Assembly (NCBI GenBank): GCA_050259635.1
Contig: JBLNBA010000002.1
Coordinates: 90,681 to 154,680 of the forward strand
Direction of reading: 5' to 3'
DNA length: 64,000 bases
DNA from: Bacillota bacterium
GTDB taxonomy: Bacteria; Patescibacteriota; Patescibacteriia; Patescibacteriales; UBA12465
Part shown: positions 25,113 to 34,603 of the stretch, in pieces
Layout of the letters: every line of letters starts with the position of its first letter
Numbering within the stretch: the first letter of the stretch is position 1
Notes under the pieces: generated by a model
Databases searched by the model: none
What the model saw: the letters and a program-made list of their open reading frames with translations, nothing else
Told to the model about the DNA's origin: nothing
Translations under genes and position numbers: made by a program

Positions 25113-26654
25113 ATGAAAAAAACTCTAATTGTCATTACGCTCGTTTCTCTTCTCACTTTAACCGACTTGCCGGCGGGAGCGGAAACTATATCAGCCGCTC
25201 TTCCTTTGAAAGCAAAGGCCGCCCAGTCTGTTTCGGCCGGAATATTAAAAATATCCCTTCCGGATGGAGCGGTTACCGCGAATACATCGGTTAAGGTAGA
25301 GAACCTAGGTGAAGCTTCCAACCTCCCTTGGAATTACAACGCCTTAACTCCCGTTTATCAATTTGATTTTGCCGACAAAGGCGCTTCTTATGACCGCAAA
25401 AAACCTTTGCGTCTGCAGTTTTCATACGGACAGGCGAACAATTATTATAAGCAGATTTTTTTCTACGATGGCGGACAGAAAGCGTGGCGGGCGTTACCGT
25501 CCGTCGATGATCCTCTGAAAAAGACAATCACCGCCGATATCCATCTGCCTTTCGCCCGTATCGCCGTCCTCGCCAATCCTCAGATCCTTACCGTAGGGAA
25601 GGCGAGCTGGTATCGCTATAAGGGCGGCCTGTTCGCAGCTTCTCCGGATTTCAAGGCCGGAACCTTGCTTAAAGTAACTAACCTTGCCAACGGGAAAGCG
25701 GTTACCGTCACGGTAAACGATTTTGGCCCTGATAGGAAGCTGCATCCCGACCGCGTCGTCGATCTTGATGCGGTCGCTTTCGCGAAGATCGCCTCGACTA
25801 AAGATGGAATCATCCGCATAAAGATTGAGCCCATTAAGCTCATCGCTTCTTCGGACCAAGAGAAGCTTACTCCTGCCGGAAGCGAAATCGCGATTACCTC
25901 CAAATCGGCGGTCGTCTATTCCGAAAAGAATGGGGTCGTCCTTTATGGCAAACAAGCGAGCTCTACCTCTCCTTTAGCCAGCTTGACTAAGCTGGTGGCC
26001 GCTCAAGTATTCTTGGATACAAATCCCACCTTAAGCAAGATCGTATCTTATTCCGTTAAGGATGAGGAATATAATAATCTGTATTGCAAGCCGTGGGAAT
26101 CCGCTCGTCTGCGAGTATCGGACGGGGAGACCCTGACCATCCAAGACCTGCTTTATGCGGCTTTAGTCGGTTCGGCCAACAATGCCGTGGAGAGCTTGGT
26201 CAGGGTGAGCGGTTTGAGCCGGCCGGAGTTTATTGCGAAGATGAATGAGAAAGCGGCGGGCTGGGGCGCGACCTCGACCCGTTTCGTGGAACCAAGCGGT
26301 CTATCGCCTGAGAATGTGAGTTCTCCTTTTGATTATGCTATAATGACAAAAGAGATTTTCAAAAATCCTTTATTGAAAAAGATAAGTTCCACTTTGAAAT
26401 ATTCTTTTACGACCCTGGATAAGAAGATAAAGCACAACCTTTCCAATACCAATAGCGGCCTTCTTTCTTCCGGCTACAATATTACTGGTTCAAAGACCGG
26501 TTATCTCGATGAAGCCGGCTATTGCTTGATGACGAGGGTCGAAAGTCCGTTCGGGGGAATGATTGTCGTAAATTTCGGCGCCAAGAGCAAGGCGGATAAT
26601 TTTAAGGATAACGAGAAGCTCATAAATTACGGCTTAAAATTGCTTTCCAAATAA
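25113..26654 (+). CDS. Secreted fusion of an RlpA-like DPBB domain and a D-alanyl-D-alanine carboxypeptidase (S11)
   Basis: Signal peptide from the Met at 25113. GKASWYRYKGGLFAAS...VTVNDFGP (DPBB/RlpA-like). S11 motifs ASLTK (SxxK) and KTGY. Confidence 0.8.
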   Translation: MKKTLIVITLVSLLTLTDLPAGAETISAALPLKAKAAQSVSAGILKISLPDGAVTANTSVKVENLGEASNLPWNYNALTPVYQFDFADKGASYDRKKPLRLQFSYGQANNYYKQIFFYDGGQKAWRALPSVDDPLKKTITADIHLPFARIAVLANPQILTVGKASWYRYKGGLFAASPDFKAGTLLKVTNLANGKAVTVTVNDFGPDRKLHPDRVVDLDAVAFAKIASTKDGIIRIKIEPIKLIASSDQEKLTPAGSEIAITSKSAVVYSEKNGVVLYGKQASSTSPLASLTKLVAAQVFLDTNPTLSKIVSYSVKDEEYNNLYCKPWESARLRVSDGETLTIQDLLYAALVGSANNAVESLVRVSGLSRPEFIAKMNEKAAGWGATSTRFVEPSGLSPENVSSPFDYAIMTKEIFKNPLLKKISSTLKYSFTTLDKKIKHNLSNTNSGLLSSGYNITGSKTGYLDEAGYCLMTRVESPFGGMIVVNFGAKSKADNFKDNEKLINYGLKLLSK

Positions 26655-26659
26655 GGCAT

Positions 26660-27340
26660 ATGATAACCCTGCTCCATGTTTCGAAGAGCTATTCCCGGAA
26701 CGCCCGGGTCTTAAATGACATTAACCTCCATATAAAGGCGGGAGAGTTCGTGTCTCTGGTAGGGCAATCCGGAGCAGGAAAAACGACCCTTGTTAAGCTC
26801 CTTATCGGCGAAGAGAGGGCGAACGAAGGGCAGGTCGTGATCGGCGAGTGGGATATCACCAAGGTGAATCGTCATGAAATCCCTTATTTGCGCCGCCAGA
26901 TCGGTGTCATCTTCCAGGATTTTAAGCTTCTGCCGAAAAAGACTCTTCGTGAAAACGTTGCTTTCGCCTTAGAAGTCTGCGGTGCCAGCCAGGCGAAGAT
27001 AAAAAAAATCGTTCCGAGCGTAATGAAGATAGTGGGCTTGGAAGACAAACAGGATCGTTACCCGCATGAGGTATCCGGCGGAGAACAGCAGCGAACGGCG
27101 ATTGCCCGCGCCTTAGTCCATCAACCGAGGCTCCTCTTGGCCGACGAACCCACAGGGAACCTTGATACGATCAATGCGGATGAAATTATCGATCTTCTAC
27201 TGAGGATAAATAAATTTGGGACGACGGTCATTCTCGTGACACACAATAAGAGCATCGTTAATCGTCTGGACCGCCGCGTTATTACCATGGACAAGGGGAA
27301 GGTTGCCAGTGACCAGCCTCATGGGAAATACCTGCTTTAA
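26660..27340 (+). CDS. ftsE: Cell division ATP-binding protein FtsE
   Basis: Walker A GQSGAGKTT, ABC signature VSGGEQQR, Walker B LLLADEPTG. Confidence 0.93.
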   Translation: MITLLHVSKSYSRNARVLNDINLHIKAGEFVSLVGQSGAGKTTLVKLLIGEERANEGQVVIGEWDITKVNRHEIPYLRRQIGVIFQDFKLLPKKTLRENVAFALEVCGASQAKIKKIVPSVMKIVGLEDKQDRYPHEVSGGEQQRTAIARALVHQPRLLLADEPTGNLDTINADEIIDLLLRINKFGTTVILVTHNKSIVNRLDRRVITMDKGKVASDQPHGKYLL

Positions 27341-27349
27341 GCGAATCTT

Positions 27350-28255
27350 ATGCTTACTTTCTTGCGCATAATCAAGTTCAGCCTGCAGGACATTGCCCGT
27401 AATGTCTGGCTGTCTATCGTGACGATCACCATCCTATTGATCGCTCTGTTTTCCATCAACACGCTCTTCACCGTAAGGGTGGTAAGCGAAAACGCCGTTT
27501 CGGCGGTGAAAGAAAAAATTGACGTTAGCCTTTATCTTAAATCTGAGGCTGCCGAGAATGAGATTACGGCTTTGAAGCAGCGTTTGCAAAGCATGCCCGA
27601 AGTCCGTAGCGTTTCTTATACATCTAAGCAGGCGGCCTTAGAGACGTTTCGCCGCCGGTATCAGGATAATCCGGAGATCCTGCAAGCGCTAAGAGCGCTG
27701 GGAAATAATCCGCTATCACCCAGCTTGGCGATAACGCCTGCCGATTTTAATAACACTGCTAATCTTATTAATGCCTTAAGGCAAATAGATTCAGATATAA
27801 TCGATTCCAGGGATTTTAGCGATAATGCCGCTGTTATCACCAAGATCCAGTCCATTACCAATCGCGTCAATGAAGTGGGGATGGTGGTGATTGCAATCTT
27901 TATCATCACGAGCTTGCTTGTTGTCTATAACTCTATCCGAGTGGCTGTTTATACTCATAAGAAGGAAATCGAGATCATGAGATTAGTGGGAGCATCCAAT
28001 TACTTCATTTACATGCCCTTCCTGTTCTCCGCCTTTATCTATGCCTTGGTGAGCGTGTTGATCATGATTGCCATCTTCTATCCATTCTTAACCATCTTTC
28101 AGCCATATCTTGAGGTTTTCTTGGCGGGCTATAATGTCAATCTCCTTGAATATTTCGTTTTGAACTTCTGGCCCGTTTTTGGCGCTCAGTTCGGGGCCGT
28201 CCTATTCATTACTACCTTTGCCAGTTTCTTTGCTGTACGTAAGTACGTGAGATAA
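27350..28255 (+). CDS. ftsX: Cell division permease FtsX
   Basis: TM1, periplasmic domain, then 3 C-terminal TM helices with EIEIMRLVGAS. Confidence 0.88.
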   Translation: MLTFLRIIKFSLQDIARNVWLSIVTITILLIALFSINTLFTVRVVSENAVSAVKEKIDVSLYLKSEAAENEITALKQRLQSMPEVRSVSYTSKQAALETFRRRYQDNPEILQALRALGNNPLSPSLAITPADFNNTANLINALRQIDSDIIDSRDFSDNAAVITKIQSITNRVNEVGMVVIAIFIITSLLVVYNSIRVAVYTHKKEIEIMRLVGASNYFIYMPFLFSAFIYALVSVLIMIAIFYPFLTIFQPYLEVFLAGYNVNLLEYFVLNFWPVFGAQFGAVLFITTFASFFAVRKYVR

Positions 28256-28269
28256 TACAAGCATAAAGA

Positions 28270-28291
28270 GGCGTCCGGCGGGCGTCTTTTT
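28270..28291 (+). terminator. Intrinsic terminator after ftsX
   Basis: GGCGUC-loop-GGCGUC hairpin (pairs with G-U wobbles) followed by TTTTT. Confidence 0.55.
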
Positions 28292-28349
28292 CGTCCGATT
28301 GACTAAGTCTTTAGCTTAGATTAAGATAGCGTTGAAGCAAAACCTATAT

Positions 28350-28420
28350 TCGGGGATCGTCTAATGGTAGGACAGTGGCCTTTGAAGCCATCAATCATGG
28401 TTCGAATCCATGTCCCCGAG
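28350..28420 (+). tRNA. tRNA-Gln (anticodon UUG); coordinates +/-1
   Basis: Acceptor TCGGGGA/TCCCCGA, anticodon arm GTGGC-CTTTGAA-GCCAT, T arm CATGG-TTCGAAT-CCATG. Upstream promoter TTGACT-16-TAAGAT at 28299-28326. Confidence 0.85.
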
Positions 28421-28426
28421 CAATGT

Positions 28427-28777
28427 ATGGAAAACCTTGATAATCAAAACATGGCCGCTTATGAGAGAGCCGCTAAGAAATCAAAAGAAGGCGGATTTTT
28501 TGCTTTGACCTTGGAAGATCATTTAGCTCTTGGAAGTACTCCGGATGATGAGTTAGAAAACAATCCCGGAAAATCCCAATGCGAAGTAATGTCACTTGAG
28601 GAAATAGAGGGATATTTAAACAGTGCGGTTGATGCTATAAGAGAGAATGATGAATATCTTAAATATAATGGTTATATAGACCAACAAAAAGATTTTTTAC
28701 GAGCTAGCATACCATTTTTAACAAGAGTTGGCCGTCTGCCAGAAAAATTCAGAGATTTTGACTTAAACTCTTTATAA
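28427..28777 (+). CDS. Small acidic orphan protein
   Basis: ORF from the internal Met (MENLDNQN...); the track ORF start lies inside the tRNA. AT-rich, followed by a terminator at 28803-28826. Confidence 0.45.
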   Translation: MENLDNQNMAAYERAAKKSKEGGFFALTLEDHLALGSTPDDELENNPGKSQCEVMSLEEIEGYLNSAVDAIRENDEYLKYNGYIDQQKDFLRASIPFLTRVGRLPEKFRDFDLNSL

Positions 28778-28887
28778 ATTCCAGCCGCCTTCATATTTGG
28801 TAAAAACAGCTTTTAGCTGTTTTTTGTTTTTAAGCAGGGGATGGTCGAGATTTACAAAAAGCTGGTATAAATGCTATTTTGTTCTAT

Positions 28888-29532
28888 ATGAATATGGAAA
28901 TAGATAACATCGCACCGAATATTTCTGGCCTCGCCGTGGATATCGACGAAACGCTTTCTGCGACAATTACTCATTGGGTTGAGCAGATGCAGAACAAGTT
29001 CGGCAATCCGGAAGGATTGACCAGCAAGGAAGTGGTGGAGAAATATCGTTATGCTCAGAATGTGCCATATTGGCAGCATGATGAAGCCCTTAAATGGGTG
29101 GATGAGCAGATACATTCCAATGAGAGCCAGGAAGCCCTTCCTTTGATAGAAGGCTCGGACCTATATCTCAACCGCATAAACAAAATCATACCGGTGGCGG
29201 CCTATATAACCGTCCGTCCTCGGCGTGTTGTTGAGGGGACGAAGAATTGGCTCGATAAACACGGTTTTCCTTCCGCGCCTATCATCTGCCGTCCGGAAGA
29301 GGTCTCTCATAGCAGCGGCAATGAATGGAAGGCCAAGGTGCTGGAAGGCCTGTATCCCCAGATTGTTGGGATCATTGATGATAATGCTAAACTGCTCCAA
29401 TGTTTGAGCCGGGATTATCCAGGAAAAGTATTTCTTTACGACCATAAGGATAATTTAGGATACCCTTTCGCAGTTGCCTGTAAGGAGTGGGAAGAGGTGT
29501 ACGAGAAAGTAAATCGTTTTATAGAGGTATAA
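28888..29532 (+). CDS. HAD-superfamily hydrolase-like protein
   Basis: Motif I VDIDETL (DxDxT) and motif IV GIIDDN. ATG at 28888; the track TTG is at 28879. Confidence 0.55.
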   Translation: MNMEIDNIAPNISGLAVDIDETLSATITHWVEQMQNKFGNPEGLTSKEVVEKYRYAQNVPYWQHDEALKWVDEQIHSNESQEALPLIEGSDLYLNRINKIIPVAAYITVRPRRVVEGTKNWLDKHGFPSAPIICRPEEVSHSSGNEWKAKVLEGLYPQIVGIIDDNAKLLQCLSRDYPGKVFLYDHKDNLGYPFAVACKEWEEVYEKVNRFIEV

Positions 29533-29604
29533 AGCCTAAGCTTCAAAAAAGAGCGTTTTTCTGCTATAATAGATGAACGCTTTTTTAATTGTAAGTTCAA
29601 ATCT

Positions 29605-30771
29605 ATGGCCCCAAGACCTAATCGGTATGCCCTCATCATGCTTATTGTTGTAGCCTTGATCGGATTGGGCTATCTGATATATAAATCCTCGCCCGATGCG
29701 AACACTCCTCAATCCCAATTAACTGATAATAATGGGAACGCTACTACCACTTCTACCGGCGATCAGACAAGCGACACCTCGAAACCGGTGGTGTTGGCAC
29801 AGGATTTGGATATCCCTTGGGAGGTGGCCTTTATCGAGGAAGACGGATTCTTGGTTACTGAGCGTCCCGGCCATCTCGTCCGCATTACCTCTGACGGCCG
29901 TCGTTTGATTACGGTGGACGGAGTCCGACCTACCGGGGAAGGAGGCCTGTTGGGCCTAGCCCTTCATCCAAAATATAAAGAAAATGGATATATCTATCTT
30001 TATCTCACATCGGAGAGCGGGACGCAGGTCGTTAATCGGGTGGAAAGATATAAATATGATGACAGCCGCAACCAGCTGAGCGACCGTAAGGTGATAATCA
30101 GCGATATTCCAGGATCGCGCAATCATGACGGCGGACGGATCGCCTTTGGTCCGGACGGAAACTTGTATATTGCTACAGGCGATGCCGGTAACTCAAGCCT
30201 GGCGCAAGATCGCAACTCCTTGGCCGGAAAGATCCTGCGAGTCCATGATGACGGGACGGTTCCCGATGATAATCCTTTCGGCAGCCCCATCTGGACATAT
30301 GGCCATCGGAATCCGGAAGGGCTGGCATGGGATGGCGAGGGCAGGATGTGGGCGACTGAGCATGGCCGCTCCGGGGCCCAGTCCGGCCTGGACGAGCTCA
30401 ATCTCATCGTCAAGGGTAATAATTACGGCTGGCCGGATATCGAGGGAGACCAAATGAAAGAAGGGATGCAGAATCCGGTAATTAATTCGGGGGAAAAATC
30501 GACTTGGGCGCCGGCCGGCTTGGCCTATCTTAACGGGAGGCTGTTCTTTGGGGGCTTGAGAGGAGAGGCGTTATATTCCGTTTCCGTATCCGGTGACGGC
30601 CGAGTATCTGATTTCAAAACCCATTACCAGGGGCTGTTCGGGCGCATACGGGCGGTGGTGGCCTGGGATGGAGAACTGTATATAACGACTTCCAACCGGG
30701 ATGGGCGAGGGGCAGAGAAAGAAGGGGATGATAAGGTTATCCGGCTCCCCTTAGATGAGTTGTTTAATTAA
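29605..30771 (+). CDS. PQQ-dependent sugar (glucose/sorbosone) dehydrogenase family beta-propeller
   Basis: N-terminal anchor, GLLGLALHP, HDGGRIAFGPDGNLY, GHRNPEGLAWD, YGWP. Confidence 0.8.
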   Translation: MAPRPNRYALIMLIVVALIGLGYLIYKSSPDANTPQSQLTDNNGNATTTSTGDQTSDTSKPVVLAQDLDIPWEVAFIEEDGFLVTERPGHLVRITSDGRRLITVDGVRPTGEGGLLGLALHPKYKENGYIYLYLTSESGTQVVNRVERYKYDDSRNQLSDRKVIISDIPGSRNHDGGRIAFGPDGNLYIATGDAGNSSLAQDRNSLAGKILRVHDDGTVPDDNPFGSPIWTYGHRNPEGLAWDGEGRMWATEHGRSGAQSGLDELNLIVKGNNYGWPDIEGDQMKEGMQNPVINSGEKSTWAPAGLAYLNGRLFFGGLRGEALYSVSVSGDGRVSDFKTHYQGLFGRIRAVVAWDGELYITTSNRDGRGAEKEGDDKVIRLPLDELFN

Positions 30772-30781
30772 TCCTATATAA

Positions 30782-31684
30782 ATGGTATATAATAGACTTA
30801 ATGAGGAAGAAGATCGAATAATATCAGGAAAAGGCACAGAAAAGCCCTTTAGCGGCATTTATGACGATTTCTTCCAAGAAGGCGTTTATCTCTGCCGGCG
30901 CTGTAACGCTTTGCTTTATGAAGCCAAGGATAAGTTCGATGCGGGTTGCGGTTGGCCTAGTTTTGATGATGAAGTAACGGGGGCGGTCCGTCGCTCTCCG
31001 GATCCGGACGGTCTCCGTACAGAGATAAGCTGTTCTAGTTGCGGCGCCCATCTCGGCCATGTCTTTACAGGCGAGAAGCAGACGGCCAAGGATACCCGCC
31101 ATTGCGTGAATTCCTTGTCCATGCGCTTCATTCCCTGGGATTACAAAGCGGGAGAGGTGGCAGAAGCCTATTTTGCCGGCGGCTGCTTTTGGTGTCTGGA
31201 GGCAGTCTTCCAAATGATTAAAGGGATAGACGAGGTGAGCTCCGGTTATAGCGGCGGGCAGATAGACAAACCCACCTATGAACGGGTATCATTAGGCGAC
31301 ACCGGCTATGCCGAAACGGTACGGATTGATTATAACGAGGCTGAAATTTCCTTTAAGCGTTTGTTGGAGGTATTCTTTTCCGTTCATGATCCGAGTACTT
31401 ATAATCGCCAGGGTAATGATATCGGCACCCAATATCGTTCCGTAATCTTCTATAAGACTTGGAGACAGCGCCAAGAAGCGCGGAAAATGATTGAGGAATT
31501 AGATGAGAAAAGGATATTTGGCGGAAAGATTGTGACCGAGTTAGTGCCGTTCATCCAATTTTATCCAGCCGAAGAAGAACATAAGGAATATTATCGTAAA
31601 CATCCAGAACGGGGATATTGTCGCTTGGTTATCGATCCTAAGATCACTAAGCTAAGAAAAGATTGGCAACATTTATTAAAGTAG
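30782..31684 (+). CDS. msrBA: Bifunctional methionine sulfoxide reductase MsrB-MsrA
   Basis: MsrB part: CRRC...CGWPSF...CSSCGAHLGHVF...RHCVNS. MsrA part: GGCFWCLE...GYAETV. Confidence 0.9.
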   Translation: MVYNRLNEEEDRIISGKGTEKPFSGIYDDFFQEGVYLCRRCNALLYEAKDKFDAGCGWPSFDDEVTGAVRRSPDPDGLRTEISCSSCGAHLGHVFTGEKQTAKDTRHCVNSLSMRFIPWDYKAGEVAEAYFAGGCFWCLEAVFQMIKGIDEVSSGYSGGQIDKPTYERVSLGDTGYAETVRIDYNEAEISFKRLLEVFFSVHDPSTYNRQGNDIGTQYRSVIFYKTWRQRQEARKMIEELDEKRIFGGKIVTELVPFIQFYPAEEEHKEYYRKHPERGYCRLVIDPKITKLRKDWQHLLK

Positions 31685-31688
31685 AAAT

Positions 31689-32939
31689 ATGGGACAATAT
31701 AAGAAACCGGAGCTTTTGGCGCCGGCGGGTAATTTAGAAAAATTAAAGACGGCCATTGTCTTTGGGGCGGATGCCGTCTATTTTGGTTTGCCAGATTTTT
31801 CATTGCGATTGCGCGTCAATGATTTCAGTCTGAGGGATATTAAATCTGGTATTGCTTATGCCCACGCCGCCAAGAAGAAAGCTTATGTCACGGTAAATAT
31901 ATTTGCTCGGGATAGGCATTTTAAAAAGCTAGAAGCGCACATTTTAAAATTGAAGGAATATGGGGCAGATGCCATTTTCATATCGGATCCGGGAGTCGCC
32001 CGTATCGTGAAGAAGGTGTGGCCGAAAGCTCGTCTAAGCTTGAGCACGCAAGCCAACTGCACTAATTTGCAATCCGCCTTGTTTTGGCGGGAGCAGGGTT
32101 TCCGGAGACTCATCCTATCAAGGGAATTAAAGCTAGCCGAGGTGAAAGCGATCAAGGACGGGATGGGGGATAGGGCGGAGATAGAAGTCTTCGTCCATGG
32201 AGCCCTTTGCGCCGCTTATTCCGGCAGGTGTTTCCTTTCGGATTATTTCGTCGGTCGCAGCGCCAATCTCGGAGACTGTTCGCAGCCTTGCCGCTGGGAG
32301 TATGAAATAAAGCCAAGGGGGCACGAGGCTTCGTTGTTATTGGGAGAAGATCGTCATGGTTCATATCTCCTAAATTCCATGGACTTATGCTTAATCGCCA
32401 GGATACCTGAATTGATTTCCGCCGGGGTGGATGCCATGAAGATCGAGGGCAGGGCCAAGAGCGTGTATTATCTCGCTAATGTCGTCGGGGCATATCGCCG
32501 AGCGATAGATTTGTGCTTTTCTGGGATTTCGAAGAAAGAAATATCCTCAGAATTAACTCGTCTTAAGAAGGAATTGACCGAGAAGCTCAACAACCGTCGT
32601 TATTGCGAAGGCTTTATGTTTGAAAGTGGCGGTTTACAGAATTATCAAGGAAATGAGATGAGCTCTCCTTGGGAATTCTGCGGACAAGTATTATCTTCGA
32701 CGAAGAAGGACGGGAGGTATGAGCTGCAAGTCCGCGCCCATAATACCATCCTCAATCATGGAGAATTAGAAATCGTTGGTCCTTCTTATGAATTAGCAAT
32801 GCTGGATGCTTCGAGCATACGCGATGCGGCAAGCGGCGGAGAAATCGAGGAGGCTCATGGCGGCGGCGGAGGCACTAAAGTGATTATTTCCTCGGATAGG
32901 GATTGGCCCGTGAGAAGCGTCTTGCGCCGCAGGATCTAA
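31689..32939 (+). CDS. Peptidase U32 family protein
   Basis: KPELLAPAGNLEKLKTAIVFGADAVYFG, E.FVHGALC..YSGRC. Confidence 0.85.
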   Translation: MGQYKKPELLAPAGNLEKLKTAIVFGADAVYFGLPDFSLRLRVNDFSLRDIKSGIAYAHAAKKKAYVTVNIFARDRHFKKLEAHILKLKEYGADAIFISDPGVARIVKKVWPKARLSLSTQANCTNLQSALFWREQGFRRLILSRELKLAEVKAIKDGMGDRAEIEVFVHGALCAAYSGRCFLSDYFVGRSANLGDCSQPCRWEYEIKPRGHEASLLLGEDRHGSYLLNSMDLCLIARIPELISAGVDAMKIEGRAKSVYYLANVVGAYRRAIDLCFSGISKKEISSELTRLKKELTEKLNNRRYCEGFMFESGGLQNYQGNEMSSPWEFCGQVLSSTKKDGRYELQVRAHNTILNHGELEIVGPSYELAMLDASSIRDAASGGEIEEAHGGGGGTKVIISSDRDWPVRSVLRRRI

Positions 32940-32980
32940 AAAACGCCCAGGGTAGGGCGTTTTGGAAGAAGAAAGCAATT

Positions 32981-33463
32981 TTATCCGAAGTATTTGGAGA
33001 TCAGATGGCCGAAGTAATAGGTTGCGCCCAGAACTAGCACCGCGACCCCCAAATGTTCCCCGACGCTTTCGAACTTGCTCTGGGAATCGCACTTTACATG
33101 GCGGTAGCTGAAATATGATAAAATGCTCAAGCCCCAGATGACATTGATGATGAGTGCAGGGCGAAGTTCAAGCAGAAGCACCGGGATGAGAAAACTAAGA
33201 GAGAAGATCAGTTTGAATATGAAGGTAAAACCAGTGGCCTTCCAAACTTCTTTTGACACAGCTCCGGGTTCGGCTTCTTTTGAGACATGGACGCCGAGAG
33301 CGTCCGAAAGGGAATCCGCGATAGCGATGGTAAGGATGCCGCCTATTACCACCAGTTTTGAGCCGGTGGTGGCGTTGAGACCGATCATTAATCCAAGGGT
33401 GGTGATGACGGCGGAGGTAAGGCCGAATCCCAGGCCGGATTTAAGTGCGCTGCTTAGTATCAT
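32981..33463 (-). CDS. VIT1/CCC1-like small integral membrane protein
   Basis: 160 aa with 4-5 TM helices; GILTIAIADSLSDALGVHVSKE resembles VIT-family helices. Confidence 0.55.
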   Translation of the reverse strand: MILSSALKSGLGFGLTSAVITTLGLMIGLNATTGSKLVVIGGILTIAIADSLSDALGVHVSKEAEPGAVSKEVWKATGFTFIFKLIFSLSFLIPVLLLELRPALIINVIWGLSILSYFSYRHVKCDSQSKFESVGEHLGVAVLVLGATYYFGHLISKYFG

Positions 33464-33484
33464 ATTCTATATTATAACATTCTT

Positions 33485-34603
33485 ATGAGTGTAAAGACTA
33501 GTATTATCGCTCGATCGCTATCTATTATTCTATTATTAGCGGTTTTTGTTCTATCAGGATTCGTTATTATTAATAAGGCTGATGAAGAGAATTGGTCTAT
33601 TATCCCCTTACATCTAAGTGAGGCTGACCAGAATCCAAGTATGCGGGAGATACCCGAAAAACCGGAGCCGCTTACGATCATCTTCGGCGGCGATGTAATG
33701 CTGTCTCGCACGGTAAATGCTAAAATCAATTCCTATGGCGACTACGCTTGGCCTTTTCAAAAAATTGCTTCCACCACGGCCGCGGCGGATATCGCCGTCG
33801 TGAACCTTGAATCCCCATTCCTCAAAGATGCGGATTATCGCGTCCTCACCGGATCTTTTTCCTTCCGTGCGGACCCAAAAGCACTCGAAGGTATTAGTCT
33901 TGCGGGTATAGATATGGTATCGCTTGCTAATAACCATATTCTGAATGCCGGGAAAAAAGGTCTTTCGGATACGACATCTCTTCTCGATGAGGCGGGCATT
34001 GCCTGGAGCGGCGCAGGATTAAATGAAATGGAGGCGCGGCGTCCGGCTATAATAGAACGTAAAGGGAAAAGGATCGCTTTCTTAGCCTATGCGTATCCAA
34101 ACGATAATAGTGTCGCTACGGTTTCGCGGCTGGGGACTGCTAATCTTGATAAAGCCAAGATGGAAGAGGATGTGCGAGCGGCTAAAGGATTAGCGGATAT
34201 TGTCATTGTGCAGATGCATGCAGGGACGGAATATGTGGTGGAGCCGGGCAAGGAGCAGAAAGATTTTGCCCGGGCCGCTATTTCCGCAGGAGCGGATGCG
34301 GTCATCGGACACCATCCTCATTGGCCGCAATCCTGGGAGATATTTGAAGGCAAGCCGATCTTCTATTCTCTAGGTAATTTCATCTTTGACCAAATGTGGT
34401 CTACCGAAACGAGCCGCGGTTTATTGGCTAGTTTGTCTTTCGCAGCCGATGGATCAGGGAAAGCTCGATTGTTACCTATATTGATCGACGATTATGGACA
34501 GGCAAAACCCTGGCCGTCGGAAAAACCGCTTAGTGAGTTCTGGTCTCTGTATGGCCTATCGGATCCGGGAGAGATAAGCTGGCCAGGCATTTCTGGCAAT
34601 TAG
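33485..34603 (+). CDS. CapA/PgsA-family metallophosphatase (poly-gamma-glutamate capsule synthesis-like)
   Basis: N-terminal anchor, GGDVMLSR, NLESP, SLANNH, MHAGTEY, GHHPH. Confidence 0.8.
   Translation: MSVKTSIIARSLSIILLLAVFVLSGFVIINKADEENWSIIPLHLSEADQNPSMREIPEKPEPLTIIFGGDVMLSRTVNAKINSYGDYAWPFQKIASTTAAADIAVVNLESPFLKDADYRVLTGSFSFRADPKALEGISLAGIDMVSLANNHILNAGKKGLSDTTSLLDEAGIAWSGAGLNEMEARRPAIIERKGKRIAFLAYAYPNDNSVATVSRLGTANLDKAKMEEDVRAAKGLADIVIVQMHAGTEYVVEPGKEQKDFARAAISAGADAVIGHHPHWPQSWEIFEGKPIFYSLGNFIFDQMWSTETSRGLLASLSFAADGSGKARLLPILIDDYGQAKPWPSEKPLSEFWSLYGLSDPGEISWPGISGN

Noticed and set aside
28364-28426. N-terminal extension of the 28364..28777 track ORF
   Set aside because: The first 21 codons are the body of tRNA-Gln read as protein, so I moved the start to the internal Met. 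Caveat: my hand translation of the displayed bases puts the first part of this ORF one nt out of register with the track, with an apparent extra C near 28681. I could not resolve this, so coordinates here are +/-1 and should be checked computationally.
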